A stretch of DNA of 64,000 nt from Gemmatimonadaceae bacterium. GTDB lineage: Bacteria; Gemmatimonadota; Gemmatimonadetes; Gemmatimonadales; Gemmatimonadaceae. The DNA lies in the NCBI GenBank assembly GCA_051859245.1, contig JBHYGA010000004.1, positions 160,001 through 224,000 on the forward strand, read 5' to 3'. The notes under the pieces were generated by a model. The model was not told where the DNA came from, did no database searches, and saw only the letters and a list, made by a program, of their open reading frames with translations. Of this stretch, positions 37,804 to 46,180 are shown one piece after another (the stretch's first letter is position 1; every line of letters begins with the position of its first letter). The position numbers and the translations under genes were made by a program.

Positions 37804-38301
37804 TTACGGCGTAACGATGACTTTGCCCTTCATGCCCATCGCGAGGTGCGGCGTGCAGAAGAACTCGTACGTGCCAGGCGCGACGCCAGCGAAGGAGAGC
37901 GTGTACTCTTCGTTCGCGTTCATCATCATCGGGCTGCTCAGCTCGCTCATCTGGTTCGGCATGTTGGCGATCAGCTGCGCCTTCACGTCGGCCGGGAGGA
38001 GCGTGGCGTCAAACGCAACGTTGTGCGGCGCGCCGCTGATCATGACGAACTTGATGCCGTCGCCAGTCTTGATCGTGAGTTCAGCCGGCTCGTAACGGAA
38101 CGTTGCATCGCCGACCATCTTCACTTCGTGAATCGTGCCGGTGATTGCCTGTGCGGCACCAGCAGCCGGAGCAGCCGGAGTTTCCACCGCGGGCGCTGCG
38201 ACGGTCGTTGAATCCGCCGTCGTCTCCGCCGCCTTGTCACCACCACCGCACGCGCCGAGCAGCATCGCTGCGCCTACTACTGCAAATCCAAGAAACCGCA
38301 T
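37804..38301 (-). CDS. plastocyanin/azurin-family blue copper lipoprotein
   Basis: Lipobox LGAC, Ala/Pro linker, type-1 Cu ligands PHNV and CTPHLAMGM. GGAGG RBS. Confidence 0.9.
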   Translation of the reverse strand: MRFLGFAVVGAAMLLGACGGGDKAAETTADSTTVAAPAVETPAAPAAGAAQAITGTIHEVKMVGDATFRYEPAELTIKTGDGIKFVMISGAPHNVAFDATLLPADVKAQLIANMPNQMSELSSPMMMNANEEYTLSFAGVAPGTYEFFCTPHLAMGMKGKVIVTP

Positions 38302-38384
38302 TTCGAAAGGCCTCCAAAGCCAGATCGACGGAATGGACATATGTCCACGAGAAACAACGAACACCCGCAGCACCCCTGCGAGCC

Positions 38385-38402
38385 TTGTGAATATATTCAC
38401 AA
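38385..38402. promoter_or_regulatory. Rex-type operator (perfect palindrome)
   Basis: TTGTGAA-TATA-TTCACAA matches the Rex consensus TTGTGAA-n4-TTCACAA. It also fits CRP TGTGA-N6-TCACA. Confidence 0.7.
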
Positions 38403-38439
38403 ATACGTCGCGACGTAAGGCCCGCTGTTCACATGCCCC

Positions 38440-38469
38440 TTGACCGGACTCCCCGGTCCCCGCTAGCAT
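38440..38469 (+). promoter_or_regulatory. sigma70-type his operon promoter
   Basis: TTGACC-18-TAGCAT. Predicted +1 coincides with the leader ATG at 38476. Confidence 0.55.
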
Positions 38470-38475
38470 TGCCCC

Positions 38476-38565
38476 ATGCGCTCAGCTCTCCAGCATCACC
38501 ACCACGTGCATCATGGTCACGGCCCGACGGGTCGCGGACTCGCGTACGTGCTGGCTGGAGCCTGA
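38476..38565 (+). CDS. hisL: his operon leader peptide (29 aa, 7 His)
   Basis: MRSALQHHHHVHHGHGPTGRGLAYVLAGA*, immediately upstream of the attenuator and hisG. Absent from the ORF track. Confidence 0.85.
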   Translation: MRSALQHHHHVHHGHGPTGRGLAYVLAGA

Positions 38566-38601
38566 ACTCGCTCCAACGTTAGCTCTGCCCGACTTGCCGC
38601 T

Positions 38602-38631
38602 GGCCCGTCCTCCCGAGGATGGGCCTTTTTT
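38602..38631 (+). terminator. his attenuator terminator
   Basis: GGCCCGTCCT-CCCG-AGGATGGGCC-TTTTTT. Its left arm is also complementary to 38526-38537 (antiterminator). Confidence 0.85.
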
Positions 38632-38708
38632 CATGCCCGGCCTTTCATTCTCGGGATCTGTTCGGTTCTTTCGGCCCAACGTTCCCGCTTTCGACCTTCG
38701 AGATCGCC

Positions 38709-39587
38709 ATGCTTAGAATCGCGCTGCCAAACAAAGGGCGGCTGAGTGAAGAAACGCGCACACTGTTCAACGATGCCGGCCTGGAAGTCCGAGCCGCCGG
38801 CGAACGCGCCCTCACGGCGTCGCTCGGCGGGGAGTTCGAAGCGATCTTTGTGCGCGCTCAGGACATCCCCGAGTTTGTCGCTGACGGGGCCGCAGACGCC
38901 GGCGTAACCGGATGGGACCTGGTGAACGAGTCCGGGCGAGCGCTCACGGATCACCTGGATCTCGGATTCGGTCGCTGTCGGCTCGTGGTGGCCGCCAAGG
39001 ATGATTCCGGCATCACCAGCGTCAACCAGATCGGCGAGAACGGTCAGGCGGTGCGCGTGGCGTCCGTATTTCCGCGCATCACGGCACGGTTTTTTGCTGA
39101 GCGCGGACGACCGGTTGAAGTCGTGCCGGTATCGGGTGCCGCAGAGATTGCGCCGCATCTTGGCATTGCCGATATCGTGGTGGATCTCACGTCCACCGGC
39201 TCCACGCTCAAGATGAATGGACTGCATGAGGTGGAAACAGTGCTGGAAAGTTCAGCACGACTTGTCACTGCAGCCGGCGGGCCACGCAACGGCAACGCAG
39301 AAGCCGCCGCCCAACTCGAAGAACTCGTCACCGCACTTGGCTCCGTCATTCGTGCGCGTGGCCAGCGGTATCTCATGGCCAATGTGCCACGCAACGTGCT
39401 CGAGCAGGTGAAGCAGGTGTTGCCGGGACTCAACGGACCAACTGTTGTTGATATCATGAATGGCGGCACCTACGTCGCGGTGCACGCCGTGGTGCCCGCG
39501 AAAATGGTGTATCGAGTGATCTCGCAACTGCGCGCGCTTGGTGCCGAGGGACTGTTGGTGACACGCATTGAGCGACTGGTGCCATGA
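38709..39587 (+). CDS. hisG: ATP phosphoribosyltransferase (long form)
   Basis: IALPNKGRL, RAQDIP, DIVVDLTSTGSTL, C-terminal regulatory domain. Confidence 0.96.
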   Translation: MLRIALPNKGRLSEETRTLFNDAGLEVRAAGERALTASLGGEFEAIFVRAQDIPEFVADGAADAGVTGWDLVNESGRALTDHLDLGFGRCRLVVAAKDDSGITSVNQIGENGQAVRVASVFPRITARFFAERGRPVEVVPVSGAAEIAPHLGIADIVVDLTSTGSTLKMNGLHEVETVLESSARLVTAAGGPRNGNAEAAAQLEELVTALGSVIRARGQRYLMANVPRNVLEQVKQVLPGLNGPTVVDIMNGGTYVAVHAVVPAKMVYRVISQLRALGAEGLLVTRIERLVP

Positions 39588-40903
39588 GCGACTCCAGCAG
39601 TGTAGTGTTGCGCGCGCGTGGTGCGATCGATGCGCTTGATGACGGCACTCGTCGCGATCTGATGGCGCGTAGTGCCGGAGTCAGCGATGCCACCGTGCGC
39701 ACGCGCGTGAGTGCAATGATTGACGATGTGCGCACGCGCGGTGACGCCGCGCTGCGGGACTTTGCGCAACAGTTTGACAACGTATCGCTCGACACGTTTG
39801 AAGTACCGCGCGCGGAGTGGGTTCGCGCGTTGAACGCGCTTGATGCACCGCTTCGCAAGGCGATGGAACGCGCGGCCGCAAACATTCGCACGGTGCATTC
39901 CGCATTTCGTCCGCAGGCAACTGAAGTCTCGCCGGAACCGGGCATCATTGTTGGGCGACGTCCCGATCCACTATCACGCGTGGGTGTGTACGCGCCAGGC
40001 GGACGCGCCGCGTATCCCAGTTCGCTGCTGATGGGTGCGGTGCCGGCGCGCGTTGCAGGTGTTGGTGAAGTGATTGTGTGTTCACCGCCGGGCCCGTCAG
40101 GCCAACCGAGTGATGTCGTGCTGGCCGCCGCTGAACTCGCGGGTGTTGATCGAGTGTTCGCGCTCGGCGGCGCTGGTGCGATCGCGGCAATGGCGCTTGG
40201 CACCAACAGCGTTCCACGCGTCGATCGAATTGTCGGACCCGGCAACGCGTACGTGGCCGAAGCCAAGTTGCAACTCGTCTCCAACGTCACCATTGATTCG
40301 CCCGCCGGGCCGAGCGAGTTGCTGGTGCTGGCCGACGGCACGGCCAAGCCCGAGGTCGTCGCACGAGAGATGATCGCGCAGGCGGAGCATGATCCCGACG
40401 CGGCGGTGATTGCAGTGGTGGCCGGTGCTGACACGCTGGCTTTGGACATTGAACGTGCGGTAGCGGCGCTCCTGCGCGAATCGCCCCGTGCACACATTGT
40501 GGCCGCAGCGCTTGCCGCTCGTGGCGCAGTGCTGACAGCGGCGTCACTCGACAAAGCGGTGCGCTTTGCCAACGAATGGGCCGCTGAACATCTGCTGCTC
40601 GTGGTGAATGACGCGCTGATCGGTGATACGCTCGCGGCGCTGCGTCATGCAGGGACGATCTTTGTTGGCGAAAGTGCATCGGTGGCATTTGGCGATTACA
40701 TGACCGGCGCCAATCATGTCTTGCCAACCGCGGGTTTGGCCCGCTGTTACTCGGGGTTGTCGACTCTCGACTTTGTGCGATGGACCACGTGGCAGCTGGT
40801 CACGCCATCGGCGGCGGCGTCCATGTCCGAAGACGTTGGTGTGTTTGCCGACGCCGAAGGATTGCCAGGACACGCTGCAGCAGCGCGTGCGTGGGGGGCT
40901 TAA
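39584..40903 (+). CDS. hisD: histidinol dehydrogenase
   Basis: GVYAPGGRAAYPSS, VGPGNAYV, IDSPAGPSE, QAEH, GDYMTGANHVLPT. Confidence 0.97.
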   Translation: MSDSSSVVLRARGAIDALDDGTRRDLMARSAGVSDATVRTRVSAMIDDVRTRGDAALRDFAQQFDNVSLDTFEVPRAEWVRALNALDAPLRKAMERAAANIRTVHSAFRPQATEVSPEPGIIVGRRPDPLSRVGVYAPGGRAAYPSSLLMGAVPARVAGVGEVIVCSPPGPSGQPSDVVLAAAELAGVDRVFALGGAGAIAAMALGTNSVPRVDRIVGPGNAYVAEAKLQLVSNVTIDSPAGPSELLVLADGTAKPEVVAREMIAQAEHDPDAAVIAVVAGADTLALDIERAVAALLRESPRAHIVAAALAARGAVLTAASLDKAVRFANEWAAEHLLLVVNDALIGDTLAALRHAGTIFVGESASVAFGDYMTGANHVLPTAGLARCYSGLSTLDFVRWTTWQLVTPSAAASMSEDVGVFADAEGLPGHAAAARAWGA

Positions 40904-40905
40904 TA

Positions 40906-41982
40906 ATGAACCAACTCTCGACTGACCGTCTGTCGATTGCGCGCGCCGCGTATCAAGATGTGCCGCTCTACGACCCCAAGCGATCGCCCGTTGAAATCGA
41001 CCTCACCGACAACACCAACTTGTGGGGCATTCCGCCGCGTGCGGAACAGGTGCTGCGTGAATCGCTCTCGTCGGTGATCACACGCTATCCGTCGCTGTAC
41101 GCGGGTGAACTGAAGGCGGCCTTGGCACACTACGCTGGTGTTACGCCAGACATGATTGTGACCGGCTGCGGTTCAGACGATGTGCTCGATTCGGCGATGC
41201 GCGCGTTTGCTGCACCGGGCGAGCGCGTGGTGTCATCGTTGCCATCATTCGCCATGGTCCCGATTTTTGCGCGCATGAATGATCTTGCGTGGACAGGCGT
41301 TACGGAAACGCCGGATCATGCGATCGATGTAAACGCACTGCTGGCCGAGCCATCGAAGGTGTTGTATGTGTGTACGCCGAATAATCCAACCGGTGCGGTA
41401 ACACCGGTGCGAACACTGCGTGAACTGGCATCGCGTTGCGCGGGTGTGCTGGTTGTTGATGAAGCGTACATCGAGTTTGGTGGCGAGCCTGCGACCGAGC
41501 TTGTGCGCGAGTTTGATCGCGTGCTGTTGGTGCGGACCATGTCCAAGGCGTTTGGGCTGGCGGGACTGCGTGTGGGCTACGCGATCGGACAGCCGTCACT
41601 GGTGCTTGAAGTGGAGAAGTCGCGCGGACCGTACAAGGTCAATGCGCTGGCCGAGCAGGTTGCCACGGCGGCGCTTACGCACGACATGGCGTGGGTGCAG
41701 GAGCATGTCACCCTGGCCGTTGAACTGCGCGAGCGACTCAGCGCTGAGCTGCGTACGCGTGGACTGAATCCGATTCCATCCGGCGCCAACTTTGTGTGCG
41801 CGGCTGTCCCGCACTGCGTGGCGGTCGGACAGGCGATGCGGGCGCGCGGAGTGGCCGTGCGACCGTTTCCCGATTTGCCGCACATCGGCGATGCGCTGCG
41901 TTTTTCCGTGGGCCCGTGGCCGTTGCTTGAACGCTGCCTGGCAGCGTTTGATGCAGCGCGCGCCGAAGTGGAGGGACTATGA
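40906..41982 (+). CDS. hisC: histidinol-phosphate aminotransferase
   Basis: GSDD, PNNPTG, DEAY, RTMSKAFGLAGLRVGY. Confidence 0.95.
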   Translation: MNQLSTDRLSIARAAYQDVPLYDPKRSPVEIDLTDNTNLWGIPPRAEQVLRESLSSVITRYPSLYAGELKAALAHYAGVTPDMIVTGCGSDDVLDSAMRAFAAPGERVVSSLPSFAMVPIFARMNDLAWTGVTETPDHAIDVNALLAEPSKVLYVCTPNNPTGAVTPVRTLRELASRCAGVLVVDEAYIEFGGEPATELVREFDRVLLVRTMSKAFGLAGLRVGYAIGQPSLVLEVEKSRGPYKVNALAEQVATAALTHDMAWVQEHVTLAVELRERLSAELRTRGLNPIPSGANFVCAAVPHCVAVGQAMRARGVAVRPFPDLPHIGDALRFSVGPWPLLERCLAAFDAARAEVEGL

Positions 41983-42629
41983 CTTCTGCTCCACTTCGCG
42001 TCACGGTGTTTGACTACGAGGCGGGCAACTTGCACTCCCTCGTGAAGTCGCTCGAAACCGAGTTCACATCGGTACGCGTGGAAACGGATCCGGCGGCCGC
42101 CGTGCGTGACACGGATGCACTCGTACTGCCCGGCGTTGGTGCGTTCTCACCGGCGGCAGTCAAACTCGCGCCGGGACGCGAAGCCATGCGCGACGCGCTG
42201 CTCGCCGGACTGCCGTGTCTGGGCATTTGTCTGGGTATGCAGCTGTTGTTTGATGGCAGTGAAGAGGGACCGGGAACTGGCCTTGGCGTGTTGACGGGAC
42301 AGGTCACGAAACTCACCGCCGAGCGCGTGCCACAGATTGGGTGGAATACGCTCGAAGACACGGCGCCGCGCGATGCGTTGCTTGTCGCATCGGATTTGCA
42401 GACGGCGTACTACGCGAACAGTTTTGTGTGCCGACCAACCGGCGAGTCCGCGCGCCATGTGATTGCCTACACCACGCACGAAGGCGATCGTTTTCCCGCT
42501 GCGGTGCGTGTGGGTAATGTGGTCGGTACGCAGTTTCATCCGGAAAAATCGAGCGCGGCCGGTGTGCGCTTTGTTCGCGCCTTTCTTATGGAAGCCGCAT
42601 CTCACGTGACTCGAGGAGTTGAGCTGTGA
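41979..42629 (+). CDS. hisH: imidazole glycerol phosphate synthase, glutaminase subunit
   Basis: GNL.S, LPGVGAF, GICLGMQ, QFHPEKS. Confidence 0.96.
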   Translation: MTSAPLRVTVFDYEAGNLHSLVKSLETEFTSVRVETDPAAAVRDTDALVLPGVGAFSPAAVKLAPGREAMRDALLAGLPCLGICLGMQLLFDGSEEGPGTGLGVLTGQVTKLTAERVPQIGWNTLEDTAPRDALLVASDLQTAYYANSFVCRPTGESARHVIAYTTHEGDRFPAAVRVGNVVGTQFHPEKSSAAGVRFVRAFLMEAASHVTRGVEL

Positions 42630-43339
42630 TTGTCATTCCCGCGGTGGATCTGCGCGATGGGCGCTGTGTGCAGCTTGTCGGCGGTGAGTACGATAAGGAG
42701 TCGGTGCGCCTTGAGAATCCACCAGAAGTCGCGCGTGAATGGGTGCGGGAAGGATTCGCTCGACTGCACGTGGTCGACCTCGACGCGGCCACCGGTCGTG
42801 GACGCAATGACGAAATCATTCGCGAGATCATTCGCGATTCAGGCGTTCCCGTGCAGGTGGGTGGCGGTGTACGTGACGAAACGCGAATTGAAGAGCTGTT
42901 GCTCGACGGCGCCGCGTGGGTCGTGGTTGGCACTCGTGCCGTGGAGGACACCAGCTGGCTCAGCGAGATGGCGCATCGGTTTCCCGGCCAGTTGATCGTG
43001 GCGGCAGATGTTCGTGAACGAAAGGTGGTAACGCGCGGCTGGACGCACACCCTGCCGCTCGATGTGGTGTCGTTCGTGGAAGATTTGAGCGCGTTGCCGC
43101 TGGCGGGCGTGCTTGTCACCGCGGTACACCTGGAAGGACAGATGCAGGGCACCGATCTCGCGCTTATGGAAGATGTGGCCGACGCCTCGGAATGGCCCGT
43201 GTTTGCCAGTGGTGGTGTGACCACCATTGAAGATTTGCGCGCACTTGAGCACCGCGGCGTACACGGCGCAGTACTCGGTATGGCTCTTTACACGGGCGCG
43301 ATTGAACCGCGCCGACTCATCGAGGAATTTGGCGCATGA
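42626..43339 (+). CDS. hisA: ProFAR isomerase
   Basis: IPAVDLRDGRCVQL, LHVVDLD, QVGGGVR, ASGG. Confidence 0.95.
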   Translation: MIVIPAVDLRDGRCVQLVGGEYDKESVRLENPPEVAREWVREGFARLHVVDLDAATGRGRNDEIIREIIRDSGVPVQVGGGVRDETRIEELLLDGAAWVVVGTRAVEDTSWLSEMAHRFPGQLIVAADVRERKVVTRGWTHTLPLDVVSFVEDLSALPLAGVLVTAVHLEGQMQGTDLALMEDVADASEWPVFASGGVTTIEDLRALEHRGVHGAVLGMALYTGAIEPRRLIEEFGA

Positions 43340-43875
43340 CCACCGTGGTTCGTGAAAGCAAAGAAACACAGATTCGGTTGACACTCGTGGCCGGAACCGG
43401 TGTGGCGACGGTAAGCACGGGCGAACCGTTTCTCGATCACATGCTGGTCGCGCTCGCCCGCTACAGCGGCATCGACATTACGCTCACTGCCACCGGGGAC
43501 CTGCCTCATCACCTGATTGAAGACGTGGCCATTGCGCTCGGACAGGGCATGGCCGCGTTCGCGCCCGCCACCTGCGCGCGCTACGGCGATCGCACGGTAC
43601 CGATGGACGACGCGTTGGTGCATGTGTCCATCGATCTTGGCGGTCGGCCGTATTACAAGGGCCCGCTGCCGAGCAACCTGTACGATCACTTCCTGCGCTC
43701 GTTTGCGGACAATGCCAAGGCCACACTGCACGTCCGCGTGCTGCGCGGTCATGATCGGCATCATATCATCGAGGCGGCGTTCAAAGCACTCGGTCTCGCG
43801 TTGCGTGAAGCACTCGTGGAATCCGGCGCTGTGTTCAGCACCAAAGGTTCGGTGCGTCTTGAAATTTCGGAGTAG
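43336..43875 (+). CDS. hisB: imidazoleglycerol-phosphate dehydratase (monofunctional)
   Basis: FLDHML, HHLIEDVAI, PMDD, HHIIEAAFKA, STKG. Confidence 0.95.
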   Translation: MTTVVRESKETQIRLTLVAGTGVATVSTGEPFLDHMLVALARYSGIDITLTATGDLPHHLIEDVAIALGQGMAAFAPATCARYGDRTVPMDDALVHVSIDLGGRPYYKGPLPSNLYDHFLRSFADNAKATLHVRVLRGHDRHHIIEAAFKALGLALREALVESGAVFSTKGSVRLEISE

Positions 43876-43878
43876 CAC

Positions 43879-44658
43879 GTGCTCACACGACGATTGATCG
43901 TATGCCTCGACGTGAAAGGCGCACGTGTTGTGAAGGGCGTTCAGTTTGTGGGGCTGCGCGATGTGGGCGACCCGGTGGCGCTGGCCACTCGGTACGAGGC
44001 GGAGGGAGCTGACGAAATTACCTTTCTCGACATCTCCGCCAGTGCGGAGGAACGCAACACGCTGCTCGACGTCGCGCGTCGCACCGCTGAACAGCTGTTC
44101 ATTCCGCTCACGATTGGTGGCGGCATTCGCACGGCTGATGACGTCGCACGAGCACTCCGAGCGGGCGCTGACAAAGTGAGCGTGAACTCCGCGGCCGTCA
44201 CGCGCCCGGAAGTGCTCACTGAGTCGGCTGATCGGTTCGGCGCACAATGTGTTGTCGCAAGTATTGATGCGAAACGCGATGAAAATGGCGTGTGGCGCGT
44301 GTGGGTAAAGGGCGGCCGCGAGCAAACACCCCTTGAAGCGGTAGCCTGGGCGCAGGAGTGCGTGTCGCGCGGCGCGGGTGAAGTGTTGCTCACCAGTATC
44401 GACCGTGATGGCGCGCGAATTGGTTACGACACAGAACTGACCCGCGCGGTTGCTGACGCGGTGCGTGTACCGGTCATTGCAAGCGGCGGCGCGGGCCGCG
44501 CCGAGCATCTGGTGGAGGCAATTGAAACGGGTCACGCCGATGCGGTGCTCGTGGCCGGAATTCTGCATGACGGCGTGACGACCGTGCGTGCGCTGAAAGA
44601 CGTGATGCGCAGCGCAGGCATTCCCGTGCGTGATATTCCGGTCGAGGTAGCCGTATGA
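43879..44658 (+). CDS. hisF: imidazole glycerol phosphate synthase, cyclase subunit
   Basis: CLDVK..RVVKG, GADKVSVNS, LTSIDRDG, IASGGAG. Confidence 0.97.
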   Translation: MLTRRLIVCLDVKGARVVKGVQFVGLRDVGDPVALATRYEAEGADEITFLDISASAEERNTLLDVARRTAEQLFIPLTIGGGIRTADDVARALRAGADKVSVNSAAVTRPEVLTESADRFGAQCVVASIDAKRDENGVWRVWVKGGREQTPLEAVAWAQECVSRGAGEVLLTSIDRDGARIGYDTELTRAVADAVRVPVIASGGAGRAEHLVEAIETGHADAVLVAGILHDGVTTVRALKDVMRSAGIPVRDIPVEVAV

Positions 44659-45437
44659 GCGCGCGGGAGTCGTCGCAATCATTATTGCAGGCGGTCACCG
44701 AGTTGTCGCAGGCGTCTGCTGCGACGGCAATGCGCTGGTTTGGTCAGTCGTTCGCTGTTGATACCAAAGGTGACGGATCGCCGGTTACCATTGCCGATCG
44801 CTCGGCCGAAGAGTTTGCACGCGAGTGGATCAGCGCGCGCTTTCCGCACGATGGTGTGATCGGTGAAGAGTTTCCTCCGCTTCGACCAGACGCCGCACGC
44901 AAGTGGATCATTGATCCGATCGACGGCACCAAAGCATTTGTGCGTGGTGTGCCACTTTGGGGAACACTGGTTGCGGTGTGCGAGGGCGAAACGGTGTTGG
45001 CCGGCGCGGCGTGTTATCCGGCGGTGAATGAAGTGGTGAGTGCGGCGCCCGGTGAAGGATGTTGGTGGAATGGTGCGCGTGCAGCGGTGAGCACGTTGGA
45101 TATCCTCGCAAACGCGACGGTGCTGGTCACCGACGATCGGTTCCCGGAGCACGCGCATCGTGGCGTGAAGTGGCGTGCGCTGGCGGCGGAGAGCGGGGTG
45201 GTGCGCACGTGGGGCGATTGTTACGGCTACCTGCTGGTGGCAACCGGTCGTGCTGAGGCCATGATGGATGACATTGTGAATCCGTGGGACGCGGCTGCGC
45301 TCAAACCGATCATCGAGGAAGCGGGTGGTGTGTTCACCGATTGGCGTGGTAATCACACGGCGTTTGGCGGAGACCTGATGGCGACCAACGCAGCACTCTC
45401 GGCGACGATCCGTTCGCGCCTGCTGGACACTGAATAG
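44655..45437 (+). CDS. hisN: histidinol-phosphatase, inositol monophosphatase family
   Basis: SPVTIAD, GEE, WIIDPIDGT, GDCY, WD.AA. Operon context. Confidence 0.9.
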   Translation: MSARESSQSLLQAVTELSQASAATAMRWFGQSFAVDTKGDGSPVTIADRSAEEFAREWISARFPHDGVIGEEFPPLRPDAARKWIIDPIDGTKAFVRGVPLWGTLVAVCEGETVLAGAACYPAVNEVVSAAPGEGCWWNGARAAVSTLDILANATVLVTDDRFPEHAHRGVKWRALAAESGVVRTWGDCYGYLLVATGRAEAMMDDIVNPWDAAALKPIIEEAGGVFTDWRGNHTAFGGDLMATNAALSATIRSRLLDTE

Positions 45438-45495
45438 TGCGGGTCACGCCGCTTCTGCGCTTCCAACTTTTCGCATCTGATCAGGGCAGGCACGA

Positions 45496-46161
45496 ATGAG
45501 CGACACCAATCCAAGCGTTGGCGGTCTCGCGGTACGCACCGCGGCCGACATTGATCGTTTGAACTTTGCCAAAGGCAACGGGTTGATCACGGTGGTTGCA
45601 CAGGATGCCGTGAGCGGTGCCGTATTGATGGTGGCACACGCGGATCGCAATGCCGTTGAGCGCACGCTCGCCACGGGTGAAATGCATTACACCTCGCGCA
45701 CGCGAGGATCGTGGCACAAGGGTGAAACGAGCGGCAACGTGCAGGCCGTGGTCTCACTGACCGCCGACTGCGATGGCGACGCCTTGCTGGCGCGCATACT
45801 GCCAGCCGGACCGGCGTGTCACGAAGGCACGGTCAGTTGCTTTCGCGATGTGGCGCTCGCGGCCGACGAGCTCGGCACGCTTGACCAGACCATCGCGGCA
45901 CGGGCCAGTGCGTTACACGCATCAGCGCCTGCGGCGGCGGATCGTCCGAGCTGGACACAGCGCCTGCTCAGCGATGCCAACCTGCGTCACAAAAAGCTCG
46001 GCGAAGAAGCGGTCGAGCTGACCATGGCGTGCATGGAAAACGATCAGGCCCGCGCCGCGGAAGAAGGCGCCGACCTGATCTATCACACACTCGTGGCGCT
46101 GCGCGCGGTTGGCGTGTCACTCGATGACGTGCGCAAGGTGTTGCACGCCCGCGCGCAGTAG
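45496..46161 (+). CDS. hisIE: bifunctional PR-AMP cyclohydrolase / PR-ATP pyrophosphatase
   Basis: SRTR..WHKGETSGN, DCDGD, ACH.G..SCF, KKLGEEAVE, ADLIYH. Confidence 0.95.
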   Translation: MSDTNPSVGGLAVRTAADIDRLNFAKGNGLITVVAQDAVSGAVLMVAHADRNAVERTLATGEMHYTSRTRGSWHKGETSGNVQAVVSLTADCDGDALLARILPAGPACHEGTVSCFRDVALAADELGTLDQTIAARASALHASAPAAADRPSWTQRLLSDANLRHKKLGEEAVELTMACMENDQARAAEEGADLIYHTLVALRAVGVSLDDVRKVLHARAQ

Positions 46162-46180
46162 CCGCGCGCGCGATGCTCGG

